A DNA stretch of 63,876 nt, filler included, from Octopus bimaculoides (Eukaryota): assembly GCF_001194135.2 (NCBI RefSeq). It is 4 parts of 4 records of this genome, joined end to end, with 100 filler letters (N's around TTAATTAATTAA, not from the genome) between each part and the next. Parts side by side here need not be neighbours in the genome. Positions count along the whole stretch, not along the records: positions 1 to 17,959 come from NC_068995.1; positions 18,060 to 37,088 come from NC_068983.1; 2 more parts are not named here. One strand, written 5' to 3'. The notes under the pieces are model-generated. The model was not told where the DNA came from and searched no databases. It was given only the letters and a program-made list of their open reading frames with translations. Numbering within the stretch: the stretch's first letter is position 1; each line of letters starts with the position of its first letter. The translations under genes and the position numbers were made by a program. Positions 14,948 through 27,356 of the stretch are shown here, piece after piece.

Positions 14948-15110
14948 CGGCGAGCTGGTTGAATCGTTACCACACAGGGCAAAATGCTAAGCAACATTTC
15001 ATCTGTCTCTACGTTCTGTGTTCAAATTCCATTGAAGTCGACTTTGTTTTTCATCCTTTCGGGGTTGATAAAAGTCGATAAAAGTACCAGTTGAGTACTA
15101 GGATCGATGT
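14944..15110 (+). mobile_element. SINE family A copy
   Basis: AGGCGGCGAGCTGG head, GTTCAAATTCC B box and the family body, next to (ATT)n. Confidence 0.75.
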
Positions 15111-15718
15111 AGTAAAACGATGAGCGTTTAGAATTCAGAACCCTCTTCTGCGTCACTTTTTCCACAGCCCTATCATTGTTGATACGCATAATTAGTATCT
15201 TGGTTATATATAATAGAATAAAATAAAGAGACCAATGGCATAAGTAGAATTATATTTTATGTATAAAGTCTTACAACTGTTTCAGGGAAAATTCAATGTA
15301 TCCCTTCATCGGAGACGGTAATAGTAGAAGAATGGATTATTACATCTATAAGAGGAGATTTGTAGTAAGAAATGAGAGCGATGCGTAGAAGAAAGAACAA
15401 AGAAGAAAAAGTACTTGGAGTATAGTTCCATTCCAACAGTAAACATCCATGTAAAGAATCCATGTGGGTATTTTCCGGAGATAATTGTAGTTGCAAAGGT
15501 GGATATATATATCATATCGTATCCAGTTTACTCTGTGCGTTGTTTACTTAAAGGATAGTTCGAAGTGAGTGAGAGATGTGTGTAGGATTAAGAGGTCAAG
15601 CCTTAAGACAGGAAGGAAAGGAGGAGGAAATAATTTTAGGGAGAAATGGGGATACTGGAGATACTACTGGCCACAGTCTCTCCGTTTCTCCCATGTTACG
15701 CATATGCATGCGTATACA

Positions 15719-15835
15719 CATACATTCACTCATACGGACGCATACATTCACTCATACGGACACATACATTCACTCATACGGACACATACATTCACTCATA
15801 CGGACACATACATTCACTCATACGGACACATACAT
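15719..15835. repeat. 22-bp minisatellite (CATACATTCACTCATACGGACA), about 5 copies
   Basis: Directly visible head-to-tail repeats with no spacers. Confidence 0.9.
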
Positions 15836-16018
15836 ATATACTATTCATATCACATGCACACACAAACACATACACAAACATTCCCGCGCAAACACATAAA
15901 CACACACACACACATATATATACACATCTACATCGCAAACACATACACATACTTATATAAACGCACAAATACTTACAGGCAAACACATGCTCACATACAT
16001 ATAGTATGACATGCATAA

Positions 16019-16076
<58 letters not shown>

Positions 16077-16760
16077 AAACACTCACATACAGGCTCACAC
16101 ATATACATATATAACATCTTCCTTCACAGAAATACACACACATACATACCACACATATACACAAACATTCACACGAAGACACACACAGACACACGGACAC
16201 ACAGACAGGCAGACATACACACATACGCATACACACGCATACACACACATAAAGAAACGTACACATATGTATATGTACAAGACGCAATACACAAAGACGC
16301 ATATACACATACAGAAAGACATACACATATCCATATACTCATATCACAATACGCACACGCAGATACAAACGCAAACATCGAAGGAAAATCCTGTTATTCC
16401 ATAATGGCCATTCTCAAATCGCCAGTTGGAGACCAGTTCTTCGTGTATTTCCTTTCGGGGTCTTATTGTTTGTCGAATGGAAGCAGACTTCGGCGAAGAG
16501 GGATTCACGCTCGAATGGGCACAGCAGCTGCTCTATGGATTAATGGAAATGTCTATTAGAAGACAGTCGATGGCAAAATAGAATTTAACGCTTTGTTACG
16601 TTATTCTATTTAAAGTATATTCACGAAATTGTTATTATCAATGGAAAGAGAAAAAATATTAATTGGTTGTCAGAAAACCCCGTTGGGGTTAGCAAGGGTT
16701 TGGGAAAATATTAATTTATTATTATTATTATTATAAATTTTGTAATTAGTATCGTTCCAT

Positions 16761-16817
<57 letters not shown>

Positions 16818-16842
16818 TATTATTATTATTATTATTATTATT

Positions 16843-17230
16843 GCCTTTGCACAGCTTCTAACGCTGGAGATGTACTACAGCGTCAGCTGTTCACTACCAG
16901 TGAACTAAGGTAACACCTCTTAATTTTCGAGCACCTTCCGGAGTATTCGAGCGGTTCCCGAGCAGTGCTGTTTTCTGCAAGTGCTTCACCCTTATTGCTG
17001 CCCCTATTTGTTCCATGTACTTCTCGAGATTTTTTGCTCACTGTTCCCAGGGCTCCGACAATTATTGGTACTACTGCTACCTTTCTCATCGACCACAACT
17101 GCTTAACTTCCCAAGCTAACCTGTCATATCTCACGACTTTTCTTTCTTCTTTATCGCATACCTTGTTGTCAGCTGGGCATGCTATATCTATGATCCAACA
17201 TTGTCGTAACAACCCGTTATCTCCCTTCAA
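16843..17230 (-). mobile_element. R4/Dong-clade LINE 3' end (restriction-like endonuclease) with (AAT)n tail
   Basis: ORF CWIIDIACPADNKVCDKEERKVVRYDRLAWEVKQLWSMRKVAVVPIIVGALG carries REL endonuclease C-terminal motifs and ends at the ATT/TAA microsatellite. Confidence 0.85.
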
Positions 17231-17572
17231 NNNNNNNNNNNNNNNNNNNNNNNNNNNNNNNNNNNNNNNNNNNNNNNNNNNNNNNNNNNNNNNNNNNNNN
17301 NNNNNNNNNNNNNNNNNNNNNNNNNNNNNNNNNNNNNNNNNNNNNNNNNNNNNNNNNNNNNNNNNNNNNNNNNNNNNNNNNNNNNNNNNNNNNNNNNNNN
17401 NNNNNNNNNNNNNNNNNNNNNNNNNNNNNNNNNNNNNNNNNNNNNNNNNNNNNNNNNNNNNNNNNNNNNNNNNNNNNNNNNNNNNNNNNNNNNNNNNNNN
17501 NNNNNNNNNNNNNNNNNNNNNNNNNNNNNNNNNNNNNNNNNNNNNNNNNNNNNNNNNNNNACAAATGTCTAC

Positions 17573-17644
<72 letters not shown>

Positions 17645-19519
17645 TTCACCCTCTTTTGTCCTATTCCACCTATATATGTGTGTGTGTGTGTATGTGCGTG
17701 TGTGTGTGCACGCGCGTGTTAAAAAATTATATACAAGCACAAAGCGAAACTACACTCATAAAATGTCGCTAAATCCTCATCAGTTATCGTCCAAAACGAT
17801 CATAGCAGTTTCACACCTTTAACGATAATATTGTTCGCCTTTGGTGGCGTCAGCGACCTGAAGCCGCTGGGAAATAGCGAGCGAACGAACATTATTATCA
17901 TCAAAAGCAGCAGCAGCAGTGACATCCTACTCCTACTCCTCCTCCTCCTCCTCCTCCTCNNNNNNNNNNNNNNNNNNNNNNNNNNNNNNNNNNNNNNNNN
18001 NNNTTAATTAATTAANNNNNNNNNNNNNNNNNNNNNNNNNNNNNNNNNNNNNNNNNNNNGAAATTACTTACATCAGTAAATGTGAGTAAACTTTTATGGC
18101 GAACAGTAACGATTGAAGTGAAAGTGAAGAAAAAACTATGGCTACCGGAAGTTGACATTGAGGAACCTTTTTAAAGAAGTGAATCTTAAATATAAAGCAA
18201 TATTATTTATCTTAATAAAAAAAATCAAATGAAGAGCCTAAGATTTATCCGAGGTCAAATTATTCATGTATCACAAGTATGGAACTAAATGGTGAAGCCG
18301 TTTTCACGTGAAAAGCGATTACACACACATCTCTGTTTTATATATAGTATAGATATATACACGCACATGTCGAAGCGCAGAGAATCCGAGCAAATACCAC
18401 GCGGAAGTGTATCCAACACTTTAACAACTCCCTCCAATTGCCGCTTTATTTAACACATAACTTAACAAGGTGTCTTTTGCAAGCAAAGCAATATGTTGTT
18501 GACTGTATGTATTGCGATGCCTATGTCGGTGACTGAGTTGTCCCGTCTCGCAAACTATAACTTTCGAATTTCTACGTCCTGGATCGATCCATCGGCATAT
18601 TTTCAACTTGGCAAACGATGGCGCTCTTTAAAAAATAAGAATATGTAAAGATATAAGAACAAAACAATTAAAAAAATACTCAGTTGGTAATCCATCAAGT
18701 CAATGAATAAACCAATAAAAAAAAAGAACGCCAATATAGATGTATTATAACTGTATTTGTTGGAAAATTAGATATATATTTCTATATATTTGCTCCTTCC
18801 ATGAAATTTATTTTCTTTATCAGTAATACCGATAAACTATCGTCAAATTAAAAAAAAAAAATAGTAAAATAAAATTAAAAAATAAAAATAATATGCAAAA
18901 AAATAAACAACAAAAACAAAACAGGTGAGGATTAATTACTGTACAATGTTAATCAATGTTAATTGTTCGTGTTATGGCTTTTTTGTTTTTAGTTTGTGTA
19001 TGTAGATATTCCTGTGTGATATAATACGTTGAAAGTAATTGCATCATGTTATATTGTATTATATATGTGTTACATATAATTATATTATATATGGCTATGT
19101 ATTTCATGTATGTATTGTACAATTATATACATATGTATTATGTATGTATATGTACATATACCTGTATGTGTGTGTGCGTGCGTGCACGAATAGATGCGTG
19201 CGAAAATGTGTACGTATGTGTTTGTGTATGTATGAATAATGTATGAATGTATCATTTAAACGTGTTGCGCATTTTCTATGCTTCGTAACAGTACATATTT
19301 TTTAAAACATTTATACAATTATACTGTTCCTAGAACACACCGTCACCAATTTATCCTAACCATCCCCCCCCCCACATTTTTTTTCCTTCATACATATATC
19401 CACTTATGCACATATCTGCGTGTATCGGTCACCTGACACCTTTGAGCTTATCATAGCATCACCACCCCTCCCCCGAATAATAAACGAATAGTATTAATGA
19501 TTTCTTAATAATAATAATG

Positions 19520-19962
19520 ATAATCCTTTCTACTATGGGCACAGGGCCTGAAAGTTTGTGGTCGGAGGCCAGTCGATTACATCGATCCCAGTGCTTAACT
19601 GGTACTTATTTTATCGATCCCGAAAGGATGAAAGGCAAAAGTCAACCTCGACGGAATTTGAACTCAGAACGTAAAGACGGACAAAATGCCGCTAAGCATT
19701 TCGTCCGGCGTGCAAACGATTCTGCCAGCTCGCTGCCTAATAATAATAATAATAATCCTATTATAAGCACCAAGCCTGAAACTTGGGGGACAGGGCAAGT
19801 CGATTACATCGATCCCAGTAATCAACTGGTTCTTATTTTATCGACCCTGAAAGTATAAAAGGCAAAGTCGACCTCGGCGGAATTTGAATTCAGAAGGTAG
19901 CGACGGAAAAAAAATAGTAGGCATTTTGCCTGGTGTACTAACGATTCTGCCAGCTTACCACC

Positions 19963-19965
<3 letters not shown>
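19520..19965 (-). mobile_element. Two tandem SINE family A copies
   Basis: GAAAGGATGAAAGGCAAAGTC...GGAATTTGAACTCAGAACGTA...CTGCCAGCTCGCTGCC is the reverse complement of the family A head and body. Confidence 0.85.
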
Positions 19966-20034
<69 letters not shown>

Positions 20035-20327
20035 TGATGATGATGATGATGATGATGATAATAAACATAAAATGGGCTAAACAAAACAGCCTTGTTGCAA
20101 ATGATGTTCATATTTCACCTTCACTCACTCATACGCACGCATGCGTGTGTGCATAGTAGATAGTGTACAAACGAAAGAGAAGAGTATTCAATGTTTCCTA
20201 TAGTCTTTAAAAAAAAATTATCTGTATTAATAATTTGATCTTCACTTCGTTTAAATTTCCACAGAAGTGGGTTTTTTCTCTCACTGCTGTGAAACTTTAA
20301 GTAATGCACATCTAAGTAAACTTATTA

Positions 20328-20367
<40 letters not shown>

Positions 20368-20558
20368 NNNNNNNNNNNNNNNNNNNNNNNNNNNNNNNNN
20401 NNNNNNNNNNNNNNNNNNNNNNNNNNNNNNNNNNNNNNNNNNNNNNNNNNNNNNNNNNNNNNNNNNNNNNNNNNNNNNNNNNNNNNNNNNNNNNNNNNNN
20501 NNNNNNNNNNNNNNNNNNNNNNNNNNNNNNNNNNNNNNNNNNNNNNNNNNNNNNNNNN

Positions 20559-20594
<36 letters not shown>

Positions 20595-21707
20595 TTAAGT
20601 GCTTTTTTTTAGCGTGTTGGATGGGCAGCGGAGATTTCCTTTTTTATTTTCTTTCACTCGTTTCAGTCACTGGACTGCAGCCATGCTGAGGCACCGCCTT
20701 GAATTGTTTTAGCTAAACAAATCAATACCCATTTTTTATGTCTGGTAATTATTGTATCGGTCTCTTTTACCGAACAGCTAAGTACACAAACACACACACA
20801 TACATATACAAGTATCAGTTAGCTTGCATCGAAAATGTATTTTTATCGCCACAAACATAACAGTTTGTTTTTACAGCGTGTGCATGTATGTATGTATGTA
20901 TGTATACATACATATATACATACATGCATGCATACACCTACTCGCATGTTCATTTATATTTATACATGTATATACTATATTTAGTTTTATTTTATCATTT
21001 CTTGTTTTACTTCTAGATATGTCGAATCACTTTAATTTGAATATATCAATCATTTTGTTCCACAACAAGCTCTGAACGTCGGCTTGAATTTTACAAGGAC
21101 GGACCCTTTTAGATTTCTTCAAATCATCAGCCCTTAAAAGGCAATTTATTGCCTGAGATATGACGATTGCGAAAGGTCAGATACAATATCTTCTTTATCC
21201 ATTTATCTATCTACATCCATACGTCTGTACATACATACATAATACATATATACGTGTGTGTAGAGAGAGAATGTATGAGTGTGTGTGTGTGTGTGTGTGT
21301 GTGTATGTACCTGCATGCATATGTGCCTTTGTTTTTGTACATGTGTGTAAAATATGTATATTTAATGTTTATATCTAATTTGTAGATGACATATTGATGT
21401 ACGTAGTTATTAGGGCTGCAGATGTCATGCCTATAACTGGGACACTTCTATGCTGTTTGTATCTAAGTGACATGTCCTGCACTTTTTATGCACACAGAAT
21501 GCAACTATCTAAGCATATGGCCTGTTCGTAAGATGTTCAGATCTACTCTCTTTTCCCTCCATTTCCCATTTGTCTTAAACAGAATCTTAAACCCATGTTA
21601 AAAGAATCATCATAATTATCGTTATTAATATTCTTACCGATAATCTAAGAAATAATAATAGTTAATGTTATTATAATTATCCTTATTATTATTATTATTA
21701 TTAATTA

Positions 21708-21753
<46 letters not shown>

Positions 21754-21927
21754 TTATTACTATTACTGGTGTTTTCAAAGTATATAAAATGGGGTGGTGT
21801 TTTGTGTGTAAAAGTTATATGTAAAATGTCTTCTCTTTTGTGCATAAATTATGTCTTGTTCTTTAAATGTGTACCTGGTACGGTGTTTTATGTGTTTAAA
21901 GAAGAAAAAAAAAACGATTTTTTTTTT

Positions 21928-21962
<35 letters not shown>

Positions 21963-22923
21963 CAGAAAGGCGGATCGTAAAATCCCTTAGAATATTTTTC
22001 AACTGGAACATATAATTCCTTATTTTATTTTCCGAAATGTTAAATTCCTGATAATGAATGAAATTTTTCAGAAACGTAACTATCCTCACCGTATATCGTT
22101 TAGAGGAACGTAAAATCAATGTATTTTTACAATGTATTTTGTTTCACAAACAAAGATTCTGCAATATAAGTTTTAAAAACGTAACAACGCTTACAGCATA
22201 TTTTGTTTTCAAAAACGTAAAATTTCTTCCAGTAAATTTTGGTTTTCAAAAACAAAAATCTTTGACAAAATATTTTGTTTACAAACAGGAAAACTCCCTT
22301 GTAATATATTTGGTTTTAAATTGAAATTCATATTTTGTTTTTAATTTTTCAGAGATGTGGCTATGTTGAGTATATTTCGCTTTCAAAAGCGTAAAACTTC
22401 ATTCAATATATATATATTTTTTTTTTTTTTNNNNNNNNNNACATAAAGTACCATAGAATAACGTATACTTTCCAGACATTAAATCCCTCACAAGTCACAC
22501 CCTTGGGTCATAAATAAAGATTCAACAAAAACAAAAGAACAAAAACAAACAAACAATGGGTCATATTAACACAGCGAGAAACAAAACTTATGATATCGAT
22601 TTCTTCATGCGCTTTTTATAATAATAGTCCCGATGTGGGTGGGGCTTCAGCAGATGGTTGCAGTTCGATTTTTGTTGCCATGAGAACTAACGTTTTTATT
22701 TCTTTTCTTTCGCTTTAAGGCGATGCTCTATGAAACCACAATCAATTGCTGAAACCAGCGAAAAAGTAAAAGAAAATACGGGATATATGAATGAATGTGT
22801 GTCTGTGTGTACTTAATAAGTACTTTTTGATTTCATTTTACCTAATGCTTTTACGAGAAAAGGTCCTCGATATCTACGCAAGAACAGTGACATAGACTTG
22901 TTTCCATTTAATTTCTTCTTCTT

Positions 22924-22927
<4 letters not shown>

Positions 22928-23007
<80 letters not shown>

Positions 23008-23060
23008 GCTATTATTTATCGTTACCATTGGGCAATTGTTGTTGGCAAGGCTGGAAATGA

Positions 23061-23106
<46 letters not shown>
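22928..23106. repeat. (ATT)n and (GTA)n microsatellites just 3' of the protease gene
   Basis: Directly visible. Confidence 0.95.
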
Positions 23107-23108
<2 letters not shown>

Positions 23109-23125
23109 ACGTATGTTTTGGCATA

Positions 23126-23143
23126 TTTATTTATACATTTATT
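23126..23143 (-). promoter_or_regulatory. Two AATAAA polyadenylation signals downstream of the protease stop
   Basis: Plus-strand TTTATT at 23126-23131 and 23138-23143, about 80-95 nt after the stop codon. Confidence 0.45.
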
Positions 23144-23219
23144 TGTTTTTTTTTCAGCAACCAGGGTAAGAAAGAACTTCACATTCATCGTTCTTGTCAT
23201 GAAGTTTCCGTGGCCTTTT

Positions 23220-23673
23220 TTAATGGTGTCGAACAGAGATTGTCTTCGTGAGCCATTTGTAAAACTGACCAACGTTTGTATAGACGCCAAATGAATTACT
23301 TCGATCGCAGTTGTACCCCCAAGAGACAATACCAACCAATATCCAGCGTTTTGATTGAGGTAACAGTATAGTATAAGGGCCACCACTGTCTCCTTTGCAC
23401 GAATCTCCTTGATAAGTCCCATAAAATCCAGCACAGAACATATTCTTTGTAATGTTGTGGCCTTTAGCCAGACTTTTCCGACATTGGTTGTCTGATACAT
23501 AAGGGAGCTTGACTTCGTGAAGATGACGAGGGTAAGGGTTATAACCAAACGTTGTCTCGCCACAACCGACTACTGTTCCATAAAATCCACTGTAGAAGCT
23601 GTCTCCAATTATTTCGTTGTTCACCAAACACAATGGATGGACATCTGGTGTGAAGTCTAGAGTTTCTTTCAAA
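23220..23673 (-). CDS. Terminal exon of EGF-Ig-Ig-trypsin protease: C-terminal half of the trypsin domain (LKETLDF...GDSCKGDSGGP...GIVSWG...GVYTNV...RHH*)
   Basis: Acceptor tttattttgcag|T at 23673 (phase 2, completes GT|T=Val from the previous exon). ORF 23220-23672 contains the catalytic Ser motif GDSGGP, D189 and MFCAG. Stop TAA at 23220-23222. Confidence 0.96.
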
Positions 23674-23734
23674 CTGCAAAATAAAATAAAAAAATAACAG
23701 TTTTTTTATGTCTATGTAAATATATATGCATGTG

Positions 23735-23970
23735 TGTTATTTCTTTACTACCCACAAGGGGCTACACACAGAGGAGACAAACAAGGACAGACTAACGGAT
23801 TAAGTCGATTATATCGACTCCAGTGCGTAACTGGTACTTATTTAATCGACCCCGAAAGGATGAAAGGCAAAGTCGACCTCGGCGGAATTTGAACTCAGAA
23901 CGTAGCGGCAGACGAAATACCGCTAAGCATTTCGCCCGGTGTGCTAACGTTTCTGCCAGCTCGCCGCCTT
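23735..23970 (-). mobile_element. SINE family A, near-intact copy (intronic)
   Basis: Full head, body and 3' tail GTGGGTAGTAAAGAAATA on the minus strand. An identical copy lies at about 24115-24352 across a gap. Confidence 0.9.
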
Positions 23971-23993
23971 GATACATATATATACATGTATGT

Positions 23994-24031
<38 letters not shown>

Positions 24032-24375
24032 NNNNNNNNNNNNNNNNNNNNNNNNNNNNNNNNNNNNNNNNNNNNNNNNNNNNNNNNNNNNNNNNNNNNN
24101 NNNNTATATGCATGTGTGTTATTTCTTTACTACCCACAAGGGGCTACACACAGAGGAGACAAACAAGGACAGACTAACGGATTAAGTCGATTATATCGAC
24201 TCCAGTGCGTAACTGGTACTTATTTAATCGACCCCGAAAGGATGAAAGGCAAAGTCGACCTCGGCGGAATTTGAACTCAGAACGTAGCGGCAGACGAAAT
24301 ACCGCTAAGCATTTCGCCCGGTGTGCTAACGTTTCTGCCAGCTCGCCGCCTTGATACATATATATACATGTATGT

Positions 24376-24415
<40 letters not shown>

Positions 24416-24887
24416 CTAAAAAATTTGTTTCTACACTGACATTCGCACTGACTTAGAAAAACCCCAGACTATCCCTTAACCCAAGATACCCCCTCGCTCT
24501 AACAGCTAATCACAGTTTTATACAGCACGAGGTATCAAATTATGGTGATGATCTTATAATAAACAGGAAGTCGTGAATCCAGTATATCGATACAACAAGC
24601 GTTCTTGAATCAGCTATGATACGATTCCCTCCACAAGAATGGAAGAATGGAACACAGTACCACCACGGTTAAACTTTCTGTCAATGCTAAACCACGCACT
24701 TACCTTATCATTTCGGACTACATCGACTACATTGAAACAATAACCCATTTTTGTCTTCGGCCATTTGACTATCACCATCACCATCACCATCACCGCAACA
24801 AACACACACATCAGTTAAGAATACAGAAAACACTCTCCTAAGAGAGGGGAAGGACAAAAAGAGAAGAGAAAGTAAAACATAACTTAC

Positions 24888-25108
24888 ACGATAACAGCAA
24901 TATCACTGTCATATGTGGTTTTATTAAAAGCTGGATGTACAATCCACTGTTTCATCTGAACTCTGATTCCTCCATAACCAGAGCAGTTCTGGGTGCCAAC
25001 ATACACATGTACGTTGTGATTATTGAAGTTTTTAAATGATCTAACACAATGAGCAGCTGTCACAATATGTTTATTACCGACCAGCGTTCCACCACAAAAC
25101 GAATGTTT
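24888..25108 (-). CDS. Exon: trypsin domain His57/Asp102 segment (KHSFCGGTLVGNKHIVTAAHCVRSF...VGTQNCSG...HPAFNKTTYDSDIAVI)
   Basis: Hand translation. Acceptor gtatttcaacag|AAA (phase 0), donor GT|gtaagt (phase 2). 221 nt = 73 codons + 2. Contains TAAHC and DIAVI. Confidence 0.96.
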
Positions 25109-25365
25109 CTGTTGAAATACAATGAAAGGATTATTGAAGTTACCGTTGAATTTTTATATTATTGTTTGATATCGTTATATATTATTTAATATCTTTTATT
25201 ACTTTCCCAAATATTATCATTGTTAATTTGACACCTTATTTTATAAATATTATATGATATTTAATCACATGAGATTTTTATATATTTATAGATATAAGTT
25301 TATAGATATTAGGGAGATGTACTTGCATAGCAAGTGACCTGATCTGAGATCGCGTGCTAGAACGA

Positions 25366-25560
25366 AAACAATTGCAGCGTGGAAGGTGTTTATAAGCCAT
25401 TTAAGAAACACACAAAAACCTTTAGATTTACTTCAACATTTAAATTTAATTTGCCAAATTTGCCAAATTTGGCAAATTAAATTTAAATGTTGAAGTTAAT
25501 CTAAAGGTTTTTGTGTGTTTCTTAAATGGCTTCTAAACACCTTCCACGCTGCAATTGTTT
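25366..25560. repeat. 195-bp near-perfect palindrome (foldback)
   Basis: Arms of about 92 bp with two mismatches around a TTTGCCAAA spacer. Confidence 0.9.
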
Positions 25561-26302
25561 TATAGATATTGCTTTAAAAAAAACACGTATGGTCCCCTAG
25601 CGGTTGCAAGCNNNNNNNNNNNNNNNNNNNNNNNNNNNNNNNNNNNNNNNNNNNNNNNNNNNNNNNNNNNNNNNNNNNNNNNNNNNNNNNNNNNNNNNNN
25701 NNNNNNNNNNNNNNNNNNNNNNNNNNNNNNNNNNNNNNNNNNNNNNNNNNNNNNNNNNNNNNNNNNNNNNNNNNNNNNNNNNNNNNNNNNNNNNNNNNNN
25801 NNNNNNNNNNNNNNNNNNNNNNNNNNNNNNNNNNNNNNNNNNNNNNNNNNNNNNNNNNNNNNNNNNNNNNNNNNNNNNNNNNNNNNNNNNNNNNNNNNNN
25901 NNNNNNNNNNNNNNNNNNNNNNNNNNNNNNNNNNNNNNNNNNNNNNNNNNNNNNNNNNNNNNNNNNNNNNNNNNNNNNNNNNNNNNNNNNNNNNNNNNNN
26001 NNNNNNNNNNNNNNNNNNNNNNNNNNNNNNNNNNNNNNNNNNNNNNNNNNNNNNNNNNNNNNNNNNNNNNNNNNNNNNNNNNNNNNNNNNNNNNNNNNNN
26101 NNNNNNNNNNNNNNNNNNNNNNNNNNNNNNNNNNNNNNNNNNNNNNNNNNNNNNNNNNNNNNNNNNNNNNNNNNNNNNNNNNNNNNNNNNNNNNNNNNNN
26201 NNNNNNNNNNNNNNNNNNNNNNNNNNNNNNNNNNNNNNNNNNNNNNNNNNNNNNNNNNNNNNNNNNNNNNNNNNNNNNNNNNNNNNNNNNNNNNNNNNNN
26301 NT

Positions 26303-26403
<101 letters not shown>

Positions 26404-26409
26404 GCAGGA

Positions 26410-26620
26410 ACCTGGCGGAGTTTTCATGAACACAATGCTAACATAATACGGGGAGTGCCAATAACTTCGTAAGTAGCCGTCGCTACTTCTCTGCATTGAG
26501 AAGTCACGGTTCTGGTACTACGGACATGAAATCGGCATGTCACAGAAAAGATTCACAAGACGAATTCTTGAAGCCGAGTCAATCGGTGGAGACCTGGAGA
26601 TTGACCAAGAAAGAGTTGAT
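26410..26620 (+). mobile_element. Decayed RTE-type LINE C-terminal fragment
   Basis: SWRSF...RFWYYGHEIGMSQKRFTRRILEA resembles the post-RT W.GH..RM segment of RTE elements. Confidence 0.45.
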
Positions 26621-26925
26621 TGGATAATATTCTTAGCTTCAGTTGGTCATGTTTAAGAATCCGCCAGGAAAGTTTAACGACGGCTGCTTCGCATATGACC
26701 TTATGGAGGAAGTCCTGAGGACTCTACCTCCAAGAACTATCAAGGATAAGTGAGCAGGGAAGATGGATGGATCTCAGAAGGAGGAAAGATACTTTCCTCG
26801 ACATTCAAATGATTCCCTTAACCCTAATTCCTTTTCGATATTCCAAATTCCAAATACTTGTTCTTTTAACATGATAAACCAAAAATAAAAGAAAATGAAT
26901 ATTATTTTTTGATTTTCTTTCTTAC

Positions 26926-27044
26926 CGTAGCTGAACTAACAAAGAGCACGAACCATGGGGCAGAACCACGTGCAGCCGGGTATCCACTCTTGATTTTTGC
27001 TTCTATATTTTCTGAGTTTTTCGTAATGCTGTTTTTACCACAAA
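26926..27044 (-). CDS. Exon: Cys1 linker, activation peptide and start of the protease (V-CGKNSITKNSENIEAK|IKSGYPAARGSAPWFVLFVSSAT)
   Basis: Acceptor taatttccag|TT (phase 1), donor ACG|gtaaga (phase 0). 119 nt. Has the CG...K|IxxG....G..PW pattern of chymotrypsin-family zymogens, and both flanking phases match. Confidence 0.93.
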
Positions 27045-27356
27045 CTGGAAATTATATATATGTATAATACTATGTAAGCAAAATAATATTTCGGATGTTT
27101 GTTCTTACTCTATAATATTCCGAGAGTCCAGTTAAGTAGAAAAATATCGTTAAAAGATTCTAGTCTATCATGTTAAACTCTGTTCGGGAAATGTTTGTGG
27201 AAAGAAAGAATAACACACACGCATACTCGCGCACACCTGTCACTCAGTTCGTTTGATGTTAGTCCGTCAATCAATCAATTACTGTGTCAATCAACAAGAA
27301 TACCATACAGCGACATACAAAATTTCACGTTGCAATATTGATTTCTGGGGCTTTAC

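Noticed and set aside
15719-15835. Regularly repeated 22-mer as a CRISPR-like array
   Set aside because: Head-to-tail with no unique spacers, in eukaryotic DNA. An ordinary minisatellite.
18004-18015. TTAATTAATTAA islands inside N runs (also 37133-37144 and 62121-62132)
   Set aside because: Identical palindromic all-frame-stop spacer embedded in Ns. It is an assembly join marker, not biology, and it means distance and order across these points are uncertain.
18140-18635. ETS-like (CCGGAAGT, GCGGAAGTG) and YY1-like (GATGGCG) motifs suggesting a promoter (also AAAATGGCG at about 8663)
   Set aside because: Short motifs expected by chance, with no linked exon or transcript evidence.
23719-24413. 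Apparently identical tandem duplication of about 310 bp of a SINE A copy plus flanks
   Set aside because: The copies are identical and separated by an N gap within a (TG)n tract. Most likely unmerged contig ends. The same applies to about 56960-57070.
24704-24768. Strong minus-strand donor AAG|gtaagt inside the last intron, within ORF 24614-24811
   Set aside because: Available acceptors give 14, 23 or 65 nt, none a multiple of 3, so inclusion would frameshift the protease. No domain similarity.
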